From: a virus
Taxonomy: Duplodnaviria > Heunggongvirae > Uroviricota > Caudoviricetes
DNA length: 33,161 nucleotides
IMG/VR virus record: IMGVR_UViG_2690316097_000007
Direction: 5' to 3' (one strand)
The position numbers and the translations under genes were made by a program. Shown here in pieces: positions 7,922 to 16,591 of this stretch (its first letter is position 1; the number at the start of each line of letters is the position of its first letter). The notes under the pieces were generated by a model. The model was not told where the DNA came from and did no database searches. It worked only from the letters and a program-made list of their open reading frames with translations.

Positions 7922-10744
7922 ATGACGGCAGAGTACATCAGGGACTGGCAACAACCGCGCCACGCAGTGGGGCGTGAAGGAACGGGGATCCCCGCTCCTG
8001 AATCCGCGCTTTCCTCCTGGCTGGATGCCCACCGGGCAGAGAACGAGCGCCGCCAGGAAATGGCTGATGCGGCGTTCTCCGCCACGCCACTGGGCAACCT
8101 GATTAATAAAAGCCTGGACGCACAGGAAAAACAGGACAAAACCATCACACTGGCAGGAGACGCCAGAAAACAGGCACGCGGCGCGGTGGATGAAGCCATG
8201 GCCTCGCTGCGCCTGCTGCCGTCCTATCTGCGCGATCCGCTTATTCGCCACCTCTCCTTCCTGCGCAAAAAACAGGAAGCCGATCGCCGGAAAGGCAAAA
8301 AGAGCTGGCAGGCGGAACGCTATGCACGCGGAACCCTGCGCAAAATATTCGAACGTCTGGATCGCACTGACGGACACTGGCTGACACCGGGTTATCGCTC
8401 CCTTGCCGGACGTGAACGCCTGGACGATTTGCTTTACCTGCCGCAACTCAACAAACACCAGATACAGACGCTGGCCACCATGACGGCGGCGATGTTCAGC
8501 AGCACCTTCGAAAAACTCTGCGATGGTTTTGGCGCGACTGATGGCGAGCTGACCATGGATGTAACGCTGAAGGCGTATCAGATGCTGGCCCGCATGGCGT
8601 TACACTTACACGCCATGCCTCCGCATTATGACGCACTGACAACAGACAAAGACCGGAGGCACGAACCGGACACAGAACTGCTGCCGGGCGCAATCCTTCG
8701 CCTGACCTGTGCGGAATGGTGGAAACGCAAACTGTGGCTGTTACGTTGCGAGTGGAGAGAAGAACAACTTCGCGCCGCCTGTCTGGTTTCCAGAAAAACA
8801 TCGCCCTATCTGAGCCAGGACGCGTTAAGCGAGTTTCGCGCACAGCGCGAGAAAACACGCGATTTCCTGAAAAGTTTCATGCTGGAAAATGAAGACGGGT
8901 TCACGATTGATCTCGAGACGGTGTATTACGCGGGAGTAAGTAACCCGGTTCACCGTAAGGCAGAAATGATGGCCACCATGAAGGGGCTGGAACTTCTGGC
9001 CGAAGCCCGTGGCGACAAAGCGGTGTTTCTGACTGTCACCTGCCCGTCAAAATACCACGCCACAACGGAGAACGGTCATCCGAATCCCAAATGGAACGGG
9101 GCCACAATGCGCGACTCCAGCGATTACCTGGTTAACACGTTTTTTGCGACGGTCCGCAAAAAACTGAACCGCGACGGCCTGCGCTGGTATGGCATCCGCA
9201 CGGCGGAGCCTCACCATGACGGCACCGTGCACTGGCATATGATGGTCTTTGCTCATCCGGAAGAAATCGACACCATTGTGTCCCACACCCGCGATATTGC
9301 CATTCAGGAAGATCGTCACGAGCTGGGCGATGACATAACTCCGCGCTTTAAGGCGGAGTATGTAGACGGCTCAAAAGGCACGCCAACCAGCTACATCGCC
9401 ACCTACATCGGGAAAAACCTGGACAGCCGCGCCGTGGATGGCATCGACCCGAAAACGGGCAAGCCACGCGTTGACCACGAAACCGGAAAATCAATGGCCG
9501 AGAGCGTGGAACGCGCCATCGGCTGGGCGCGCCTTCACCGGGTCCGCCAGTTCCAGTTCTTTGGCATCCCCTCCCGCCAGGTATGGCGTGAACTGCGCCG
9601 CCTTGCCAGCCAGATGGCACGCAACCCGGAAGGCCCGCAACGGCTGAAGGATGACGCAATGGATGCGGTTCTTGCCGCCGCTGATGCCGGATGTTTTGCC
9701 ACCTACATAGAGAAACAGGGCGGCGTACTTGTTCCACGCAAAGACTACCTGATTCGCACCGCCTACGACCTCGCCGATGAGCTGAACGATTACGGCGAAC
9801 AGAGCGTACAGATTTACGGGATCTGGTCACCACTCATCGGGGAATCCTCCCGTGTGTGCACGCATCCGGATAACTGGAAGCTGGTAAGACGCAAACCGGA
9901 AGCGGAAGACAGCGCCCGCGAAAATGGTTTTGACCTTCAGGGCGGCCCTGCCGCCCCTTGGACTCGTGGCAATAACTGTCCCCGTGTACAGGAAACGGAC
10001 AACAACGGGACAGAACAGCCGGAAGAACGGCCAGCACCGTGGCCGCAGCTCCCTGACGGCGTTGATGTGGATGAATGGATGCGCTCACTGAAACGGCACG
10101 AACGCCGGGCGCTGATGCGTTCGCTTCGTGACAAACAGGCAAAAAACAGCAGTGATGAAATGCAGAGCTGGACACAGAGCCGCAAACAGCAGCGGCCTTT
10201 GCCTGATAACCACGAATTACTCGCTAAAGAATGGCGGGAGTCTGCTGAATCTCTCGGCCTGCATATCGGTGAACAACAGATGCAGCACCTGTTACGGGGC
10301 GGCAGTCTGTACGTTGACGGCAGCATCATTGCACCGCAGGGATTTGAAATTGTACGCAAACCGGATACCCGCCCGGACAGCCGAATCACGCAGCTCTGGC
10401 AGCGCCTGAGCCGTAATCATGGCGTAAGCAGCACGGAGATCCGCCATAACCCGGTCGCCAGCTATCTGACACAGCTGGGGGCATCAGACCCTGAAGCCGC
10501 CGCACGCCTGGCATCCACACTTCAGCAGGACCAGAACACCATGAAAACACCCGTTACCGTGCTTTCTGACATGCTGCGCGCCATCCGCGACGCAGAGCAC
10601 GCACAGAGAATCAGTGAAACCACTGAACGCGCCCGCCGCAAAGCAGACCTGCTGCGGGGTGGCCTGACCAGTGGAAACAAAAAACAGACAGAAACGGGAC
10701 TCACGAATCCCGTAAATGAGCAAAAAACGCGCAGCGATATATGA
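7922..10744 (+). CDS. A: Rolling-circle replication initiator endonuclease (P2 gpA-like)
   Basis: 940-aa ORF with HUH-type motif (GTVHWHMMVF) and downstream Tyr-containing segment (TSYIATYIGKN) typical of P2 A-type replication proteins. Sits after the early operon as in P2. Longer than P2 A as I recall it (about 760 aa). Confidence 0.85.
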   Translation: MTAEYIRDWQQPRHAVGREGTGIPAPESALSSWLDAHRAENERRQEMADAAFSATPLGNLINKSLDAQEKQDKTITLAGDARKQARGAVDEAMASLRLLPSYLRDPLIRHLSFLRKKQEADRRKGKKSWQAERYARGTLRKIFERLDRTDGHWLTPGYRSLAGRERLDDLLYLPQLNKHQIQTLATMTAAMFSSTFEKLCDGFGATDGELTMDVTLKAYQMLARMALHLHAMPPHYDALTTDKDRRHEPDTELLPGAILRLTCAEWWKRKLWLLRCEWREEQLRAACLVSRKTSPYLSQDALSEFRAQREKTRDFLKSFMLENEDGFTIDLETVYYAGVSNPVHRKAEMMATMKGLELLAEARGDKAVFLTVTCPSKYHATTENGHPNPKWNGATMRDSSDYLVNTFFATVRKKLNRDGLRWYGIRTAEPHHDGTVHWHMMVFAHPEEIDTIVSHTRDIAIQEDRHELGDDITPRFKAEYVDGSKGTPTSYIATYIGKNLDSRAVDGIDPKTGKPRVDHETGKSMAESVERAIGWARLHRVRQFQFFGIPSRQVWRELRRLASQMARNPEGPQRLKDDAMDAVLAAADAGCFATYIEKQGGVLVPRKDYLIRTAYDLADELNDYGEQSVQIYGIWSPLIGESSRVCTHPDNWKLVRRKPEAEDSARENGFDLQGGPAAPWTRGNNCPRVQETDNNGTEQPEERPAPWPQLPDGVDVDEWMRSLKRHERRALMRSLRDKQAKNSSDEMQSWTQSRKQQRPLPDNHELLAKEWRESAESLGLHIGEQQMQHLLRGGSLYVDGSIIAPQGFEIVRKPDTRPDSRITQLWQRLSRNHGVSSTEIRHNPVASYLTQLGASDPEAAARLASTLQQDQNTMKTPVTVLSDMLRAIRDAEHAQRISETTERARRKADLLRGGLTSGNKKQTETGLTNPVNEQKTRSDI

Positions 10745-10789
10745 AGCGCGCACAAAACAGGCAAAAACGGGATTTCAGAATCCCGTAAA
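10690..10789. repeat. Two copies of a 27-bp element with an internal palindrome
   Basis: Copy 1 at 10690-10716 (AGAAACGGGACTCACGAATCCCGTAAA, inside the 3' end of A). Copy 2 at 10763-10789 (AAAAACGGGATTTCAGAATCCCGTAAA, perfect 8-bp stem ACGGGATT/AATCCCGT). On the minus strand each hairpin is followed by a T-rich run. Confidence 0.6.
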
Positions 10790-10820
10790 CGATTAATTAA
10801 TCAACATAAGGAAAAGCGAC

Positions 10821-11780
10821 ATGAAAATTTGTATCGACGACGGCTCCACCAACATCAAGCTGGCATGGACTGAGAACGGCGAACGCCGCAACGCCATCAG
10901 CCCGAACAGCTTCAAGTCGGAATGGTCTGCGCCGTTCGGTGGCATGCAGCCCGCGAACTACATGCTTGATGGCGTGCGCTATGGTTTTGATCCGGTCAGC
11001 GATCGCTTTGTCCAGACAACCGACACGCAATACCAGTACAGCGATGTAAATGTCATTGCCATTCATCACGCGCTGGTCAAATCAGGCATCACGCCACAGG
11101 AGGTGGATGTGGTTGTCCCCCTGCCACTGAGCGAGTATTTCGACACAAACGCACAGCCGGACATGGCCAACATCAACCGCAAAAAAGCGAACGTTATGCG
11201 CCCGGTGGAGTACCAGAACGGCGAAGCATTCACTATCCGTAACGTGCGGGTTATGCCTGAATCCATTCCGGCTGGCTTTAAGGCACTGGCTGACATGAGT
11301 CCGTTTGAATCCCTGCTGATTGTGGATTTGGGCGGAACCACGCTGGATGTGGCAAAGGTTCAGGGGCAACTGGCAGGTATCAGCCAGGTGTTTTGCGATC
11401 CACACGTAGGCGTTTCTCTGATGGCCGATGCCGTACTGTCGGTGATGGCCACTAACGGTATGCGCACCAGTCACCACATCGCCAATACCATTATCGAACA
11501 TCGCCATGATGAAGCCTGGCTGCGCCAGCACATCCACAATGACGCGCATTACGCCAGCCTGATGGCGGTTATTCGTGAAAAGGAAGAAACACTGAAACAA
11601 CGCGTGATCCGCGCGCTGGCGGGTTTTTCGGGTTACGGGCGGGTGATGGTTGTCGGTGGAGGGGCGGAGATTGTGGCACCCGCTATCCGCGAAGCCTGCG
11701 GAGTTAATGCGACTTTCATCGCGGACGGGGTGCCACAGTTTGCTCTGGTTAATGGGCTGTACGCAATGGACAAGGAGTAA
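10821..11780 (+). CDS. parM: ParM/StbA-like actin-family ATPase
   Basis: 319-aa ORF. N-terminal phosphate-1 motif IDDGSTNIKLAW, then YSDVNVIAIHHAL, VMPESIPAG, LIVDLGGTTLD and VGGGAE all align in order with plasmid R1 ParM as I recall it. No search run. Confidence 0.8.
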   Translation: MKICIDDGSTNIKLAWTENGERRNAISPNSFKSEWSAPFGGMQPANYMLDGVRYGFDPVSDRFVQTTDTQYQYSDVNVIAIHHALVKSGITPQEVDVVVPLPLSEYFDTNAQPDMANINRKKANVMRPVEYQNGEAFTIRNVRVMPESIPAGFKALADMSPFESLLIVDLGGTTLDVAKVQGQLAGISQVFCDPHVGVSLMADAVLSVMATNGMRTSHHIANTIIEHRHDEAWLRQHIHNDAHYASLMAVIREKEETLKQRVIRALAGFSGYGRVMVVGGGAEIVAPAIREACGVNATFIADGVPQFALVNGLYAMDKE

Positions 11781-11784
11781 ACCA

Positions 11785-12096
11785 ATGACGACACCAACCA
11801 GACGGATAAGTTTCTATCTGAAGCCTGCGGCCGTCAAGAACGAAAGCGAAGCATGCGCCTGGCTGGGCAGCCTTACACCAGAAGCCCGCAAAAGCGGCCA
11901 ACGCGTGGCTTTTCTGGCCGGGCTGGCACTTCTGAAAATGAATCCAGCAGAGGCTTACCGACTGGCTGCATGGGCTGACGATGAGGCGTTATCGGTGACA
12001 CAAACCAGGACAGAACGCCCCGTGCCACAGCCAGTACCAACCGCACAGATAACCAGTCAGATAGCAGGGAATATCCGGGCATTATTTCCTGAATGA
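11785..12096 (+). CDS. parR: ParR-like small DNA-binding adaptor protein
   Basis: About 103 aa from ATG at 11785 (MTTPTRRISFYLKP...). Resembles R1 ParR at the N-terminus (RRxIxFxLxP ... AxLAGLAL) and at the C-terminal LFPE. Immediately downstream of parM as in parMR operons. Confidence 0.6.
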   Translation: MTTPTRRISFYLKPAAVKNESEACAWLGSLTPEARKSGQRVAFLAGLALLKMNPAEAYRLAAWADDEALSVTQTRTERPVPQPVPTAQITSQIAGNIRALFPE

Positions 12097-12156
12097 CGAA
12101 TTTGACGGCTTTTAATTTTATCGGGGTGCACTGTCGCCCCGCACGAGGAAAACACG

Positions 12157-12681
12157 ATGAAAAAATACGAATACATGCTAATGAAAGAAGCACTGCGGGC
12201 TGGTCTGGCTCCCTGTCCTGTATCCGTAGAAGCTGTTGTTGGGAACACGATTTTCCGAACGCTGCGAAATCGCGTATCCGTGAAGATGGTTCACCAACCA
12301 CCCAAATCTACCAGCATGATCTATCTGCCGCTGCCCGAGGCTATCAAACTTATGCGTTCGCTGAAATTTGCGATTTGGATGCAGACACAAATCAACAAAG
12401 CGGTGCAAAACACCTTCGTTAAGAGACTAATACCGGAGCTTGCTGCCAGATGTGCAAAATGTACCAGACCCGCACTTCAATTTGATCTGTCATTGATTCA
12501 ACAAGCTACGGAGGCAGAACTGTACCGCCTGTCACCTATCCGTGATGCTCACACGGAAGCATCAGAAATGTTCCGGCTCATGTTTCAATTTAATTTTGCC
12601 GTTCGACGCACACGCGTTCAGGTCAATCGCATGATGCAGGAGCAGGAAGAGTTAACACAGTACAAAGGGGGCAGCCAGTGA
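12157..12681 (+). CDS. Hypothetical protein (hotspot cargo)
   Basis: 174-aa ORF with a GAGG-type RBS; no recognisable motif. Stop overlaps the next start. Confidence 0.55.
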   Translation: MKKYEYMLMKEALRAGLAPCPVSVEAVVGNTIFRTLRNRVSVKMVHQPPKSTSMIYLPLPEAIKLMRSLKFAIWMQTQINKAVQNTFVKRLIPELAARCAKCTRPALQFDLSLIQQATEAELYRLSPIRDAHTEASEMFRLMFQFNFAVRRTRVQVNRMMQEQEELTQYKGGSQ

Positions 12682-12917
12682 GTAATTCAGCACGACTACA
12701 GCTTGGTTTTTCACCGCTATCAAAAACCATCGTATTGGCAAAAATGCGTGACTTAGGAGACGGAACAAAACGCCGCGTAGGAAATGATCGCGGTCGCGAT
12801 GTAACCAACGAGGCCGCTCAACTCGTTTGGCATCTAGTCATGGCAGAAGGCGGTGAAATTAATTGGGAGCTGGATGATGGTTCTCGTATGATTTTGAGGG
12901 CCGAGAAGAGTAAATAG
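12678..12917 (+). CDS. Hypothetical protein (hotspot cargo)
   Basis: 79-aa ORF with GTG start overlapping the upstream stop (GTGA), suggesting translational coupling. Confidence 0.45.
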   Translation: MSNSARLQLGFSPLSKTIVLAKMRDLGDGTKRRVGNDRGRDVTNEAAQLVWHLVMAEGGEINWELDDGSRMILRAEKSK

Positions 12918-12931
12918 CTCAAGGGGGATTA

Positions 12932-13117
12932 ATGCTAAATGATGATGAAGAAGAGCTGCTTATGCAGGAATGGTCGCTCGGTGATTATGATAATGGTGAA
13001 AATGGGTGCCCGCATTGTGGCCGTTATCGTTTATGTATCTGCCAGAATGGAAAACACAGATGTGAAAAGTGCAATTGGTCTCCGGAACTTAATGACTACG
13101 TGCCGATCGAGTGGTAG
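12932..13117 (+). CDS. Small Cys-rich (putative zinc-ribbon) protein
   Basis: 61-aa ORF with strong RBS (AGGGGG). Motifs CPHCG...CICQ...HRCEKC give 7 Cys/His ligand candidates; acidic N-terminus. Confidence 0.5.
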   Translation: MLNDDEEELLMQEWSLGDYDNGENGCPHCGRYRLCICQNGKHRCEKCNWSPELNDYVPIEW

Positions 13118-13157
13118 AGGTAAGTCACACTAGGTGTTTTTTAGTTGATTTTATAAA

Positions 13158-13184
13158 TGCACAATAGTGCACAAATTTGCACAA
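13158..13184. repeat. Three direct TGCACAA repeats at 10-bp phasing
   Basis: TGCACAA at 13158, 13168 and 13178, followed by a T7 run, just downstream of the last cargo ORF in the non-coding region before the portal gene. Confidence 0.6.
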
Positions 13185-13608
13185 TTTTTTTGAACGACTT
13201 TTTGCCCTTCCGGCCCGCGTGGCGGCTGGATCCGTCAAGGATCCGTGCATGCACAAAAAAACGCGTTTTTTCTGCGCGCAGGTGACGGGGGAACAGCCCG
13301 CGTTTCAGGGGGTAAATAGCATTCCCTGAACGATGTCGCAGAGATACAACAGAATGGCTGTATTTCTCACGCTGAGCGTGAAAAAGACGTGAGGGCTTTT
13401 GATTTGATGGGGTGAAAGGTAAGGCCGTCAAAATCGCACTGAGACGGCGAGAATATGCAGTCAACGAGGTGGGATTGCGTAAGAGTCTGACTGTCGATGA
13501 TGGCAATCAGCAGGAAAGCGTCGTGAAATTATCTGACTGATACAGGAGCTGGAGAGTCGGGGCATAAATTTTTTATGCCCCGGCGAAGCAGCAGACAAGC
13601 GAAGCGCG

Positions 13609-14655
13609 TCAGGATGTGGGCTGGGTGTCTAACAGTGCGTAAGGGTTAAAGCGGATCACCTCTTCGCCAAGCCAGTCATTGATGTGCTTCATGGCCTCCA
13701 TGACGGGCATCAGCTCGTTAATTGCGTAAACCCGCGCGGCCTTCTCCACATCACCAAACGCACTTTTTTCGCCCGGCATCGCCCCCATCAGTTGCGGCGG
13801 AACGCGGTGCGCAGCCAGCACATCATCACGGGATGCCGCCTTAACATTCATGAACTCATCCTTTGCGGTGATCTGCTGGAACGGCAAAATTTGCACCCCC
13901 TCTTTGCCCCCGTTGGGCGCATGAATGAGCACGTTTTTAAACGCACCACCACCACGTGCCCCCTGTAGCGTTTCTTTCAGGGAGTCCATGCTTTCGCGGT
14001 TTACCTGCGCTGCACCGATGTAGATGATGCACCCGGCGTGGGATCCGTTGTCGTAGTACAGTTTTCTGAACATGTCCGCCGAATGAGAAAGGCTGGCCGA
14101 GAGTAATGCGCCAAGATATTCCGGCATGCCGTAGATTTCCTGGTTAATATCCGGATTCATCAGGTGGCACACTTTGCCAGGACGAAACTGAAACGCATCC
14201 TTGCCATCCTGCACATACCACCATGATTCAAGATCGCTTCCGCGTCGCATGTATTTCGCCAGGGCGTGCCGTAATTTAAGCGGTTCGCCGAGCATATTGC
14301 TCCGAAGCTCAAGGAATGCGTTACCGAACACAAACCAGTCCAGCGCCAGCGCCGAGAAATCCTGCCGGGAAAGCAGCGGGTGCGGAATATAGCAGCCGAG
14401 CAATACATTGCGCTTAAAGTAAAGCGCAGACTGATGCCAGGACGTTTGCCGGGCAGCTCTTGCCAGACCGTACCAGTCCACCGGGGTTTCATACCACCGC
14501 CCGTTATCAGCACAGTACATATTGTCCAGCAGGTCATGCCCGGTCAGGCGGTAAGGACCATCAAATGTGAATGCACTGAGCGACGATTCTTTCCTGAGCG
14601 CATCAGCGAGATCAATGCGTGAACTCATGCGCACTTTTTTATTTTTTCTGCTCAT
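13609..14655 (-). CDS. Q: Portal protein (P2 gpQ-like)
   Basis: 348-aa ORF, same size as P2 gpQ, directly downstream of and overlapping the terminase large-subunit gene on the minus strand. Confidence 0.85.
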   Translation of the reverse strand: MSRKNKKVRMSSRIDLADALRKESSLSAFTFDGPYRLTGHDLLDNMYCADNGRWYETPVDWYGLARAARQTSWHQSALYFKRNVLLGCYIPHPLLSRQDFSALALDWFVFGNAFLELRSNMLGEPLKLRHALAKYMRRGSDLESWWYVQDGKDAFQFRPGKVCHLMNPDINQEIYGMPEYLGALLSASLSHSADMFRKLYYDNGSHAGCIIYIGAAQVNRESMDSLKETLQGARGGGAFKNVLIHAPNGGKEGVQILPFQQITAKDEFMNVKAASRDDVLAAHRVPPQLMGAMPGEKSAFGDVEKAARVYAINELMPVMEAMKHINDWLGEEVIRFNPYALLDTQPTS

Positions 14656-16437
14656 CAGAACTCCATAACCGTGAAACGCTCGTTTTCTCCTTCGCCGCCA
14701 ATCGGTTCGTTAATGACAGCAAGCATGGTTGCCCACGCAAGGTCGCCGTGGCTGATCCCCCTCGCGCGGTCCGTTTCGTAAGTGATAAAACCGCCCGGTG
14801 TTTTCACCTTACGCACGGCGTTAAAGGCCGCAACCAGCTCGCGTTCGGCGCGATCGTATTCCCACCGCCCGGCACGCATTATTTGCAGCATTTTCAGTAC
14901 CAGCGACCGTTTTGATGACAGCGTGAAGGTGTAAGGGATGGCGGCGGGAAAAAACCGTTTCACTATCTGATAGACGGCATCCCCGTGCCCTCCCGTCGCA
15001 TCAATGCCGATGTGTTCCACGTTGTAGCGATACGTGAACTCTTCAATAACTCTGGCCTGCTCTTCAAATTCCAGCCCCTGAACGCGTCGCGTCTCCACCG
15101 TTCTGAAACGACCACCAGGAACAGCCGGAGGAACCACCACGGACACAGCGCCGCTGTCGCCGTTACCACTGCTGCCGTTTGCGTCATACCCAATCCATAC
15201 CGGACGATTCCCCATCGGGCGGGGGGCAAAGGGTTTCCAGTCTTTCCAGTCGTCGTATCCGTCAACACCGCAGCCAATCAGGATATTCAGGTTAAATGCC
15301 GATTCCCCTTCGCGGACAAACTCACACATATAGAGATTGCGGAACTCGTCTTCGGTGTTTTCATCACGAATTTCATCAATATCGGTGTGTTTCCAGCCGT
15401 GATTAACCACATCTTCCAGCGTGACAATTTGCCGCCACGTCCGGTCAGGGCAGATAAGCCCGTTATGCAGCGTTTTCCAGTCCACAGAAAAACGCTGGCG
15501 TTTATGCGCGGCCTTTTTCTCGTTCCAGCGGTCGCCGTTCCAGTAGGCGTATGCCTCGTGCGTTTCGGTGGATGGCGTGGAGAAGCAGGTGCGCCGCAGT
15601 CCGCTGAGGGTTGCCATAGCGCCAGCCACCTTGCGCAGTTCAGCAAAGCGACTGACCCAGAAAAATTCATCAAAATAAAAATTGCCCGTGTAAGATTGCG
15701 CCGTCGCAGCAGAAGTGCCGAGAAAATGCATCTCTGCGCCGTTGGAGAGGATGATTTTATCGCCCCCTTTCAGCTCCACATCGACTTCAGCCGCGGCCTT
15801 CTGAATAATGCTTTTAAACTGGAANNNNNNNNNNNNNNNNNNNNNNNNNNNNNNNNNNNNNNNNNNNNNNNNNNNNNNNNNNNNNNNNNNNNNNNNNNNN
15901 NNNNNNNNNNNNNNNNNNNNNNNNNNNNNNNNNNNNNNNNNNNNNNNNNNNNNNNNNNNNNNNNNNNNNNNNNNNNNNNNNNNNNNNNNNNNNNNNNNNN
16001 NNNNNNNNNNNNNNNNNNNNNNNNNNNNNNNNNNNNNNNNNNNNNNNNNNNNNNNNNNNNNNNNNNNNNNNNNNNNNNNNNNNNNCGGCAATCTGTTCCG
16101 GCGTGAAATGATTTTTGAGTTTTTTCGCCCGGCCTTTCTTTCCTGTGGCCGTCGCATCCGGCTGGCCATCATGCAGTTTTTTAAGCTGCCGGGTCAGCAG
16201 GTCTATTTCCTTAAAGTCACCACCTGTTTTATTCTGTTTTTCAGTAAGCTGGATGAGGCGCGCATCGATGGACTGCGTGACACGCTGCACGGGTGGCGTT
16301 TCATCCCACTGGTCGCGTTTTTTCCACGCATAAATCGTGTTCGGGTTTATTCCCATCAGACGTGATATTTCTGCGGGCGGATAACCCTGCCAGTAAAGTT
16401 GCCGCGCACGCTGGCGCACAAAAGCGTCCTGAATCAT
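14655..16437 (-). CDS. P: Terminase large (ATPase) subunit (P2 gpP-like), interrupted by an N-run
   Basis: N-terminus MIQDAFVRQRARQLYWQGYPPAEISRLMGINPNTIYAWKKRDQWDE is the HTH-containing start typical of P2 gpP. The C-terminal part continues below the gap to 14655 in a different frame. Span is about 593 codons, close to the size of P2 gpP. Confidence 0.8.
15825..16085. other. Run of 261 N (assembly gap or masked sequence) inside the terminase gene
   Basis: Directly visible. The coding frames on the two sides differ by one position, so the gap length is approximate. Confidence 0.95.
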
Positions 16438-16591
16438 TGCTCCCCCTGAGTAATTACAGGAAGATTACCCGCGCGCGAAACCGTTCTCCTTAACCCCCTG
16501 TTCTGGCCGTTTTCTTACAACAAAAGCCCTTTGTATCAGCCTGTTACGCTTTGCCATCATGACTGAAGAACCAGTCAGAGGGGCAAAAACT
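16438..16591. promoter_or_regulatory. Divergent late promoter region between P and O
   Basis: Intergenic region between divergent terminase and scaffold operons, the position of the P2 late promoters. Contains the dyad TACA-N12-TGTA at 16516-16535, reminiscent of the TGT-N12-ACA activator site of P2 late promoters. Assigned by position. Confidence 0.35.

Noticed and set aside
7385-8458. 357-aa minus-strand ORF overlapping the 5' part of gene A
   Set aside because: It lies antisense to a well-supported coding region, has a Cys/Arg-rich low-complexity translation typical of GC-rich antisense frames, and has no operon context. Same reasoning applies to the minus-strand ORFs at 9348-9833, 9834-10175 and 9937-10389.
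14985-16106. 373-aa plus-strand ORF spanning the terminase N-run
   Set aside because: Antisense to the terminase gene and kept open only because the N-run translates as X; not a real gene.
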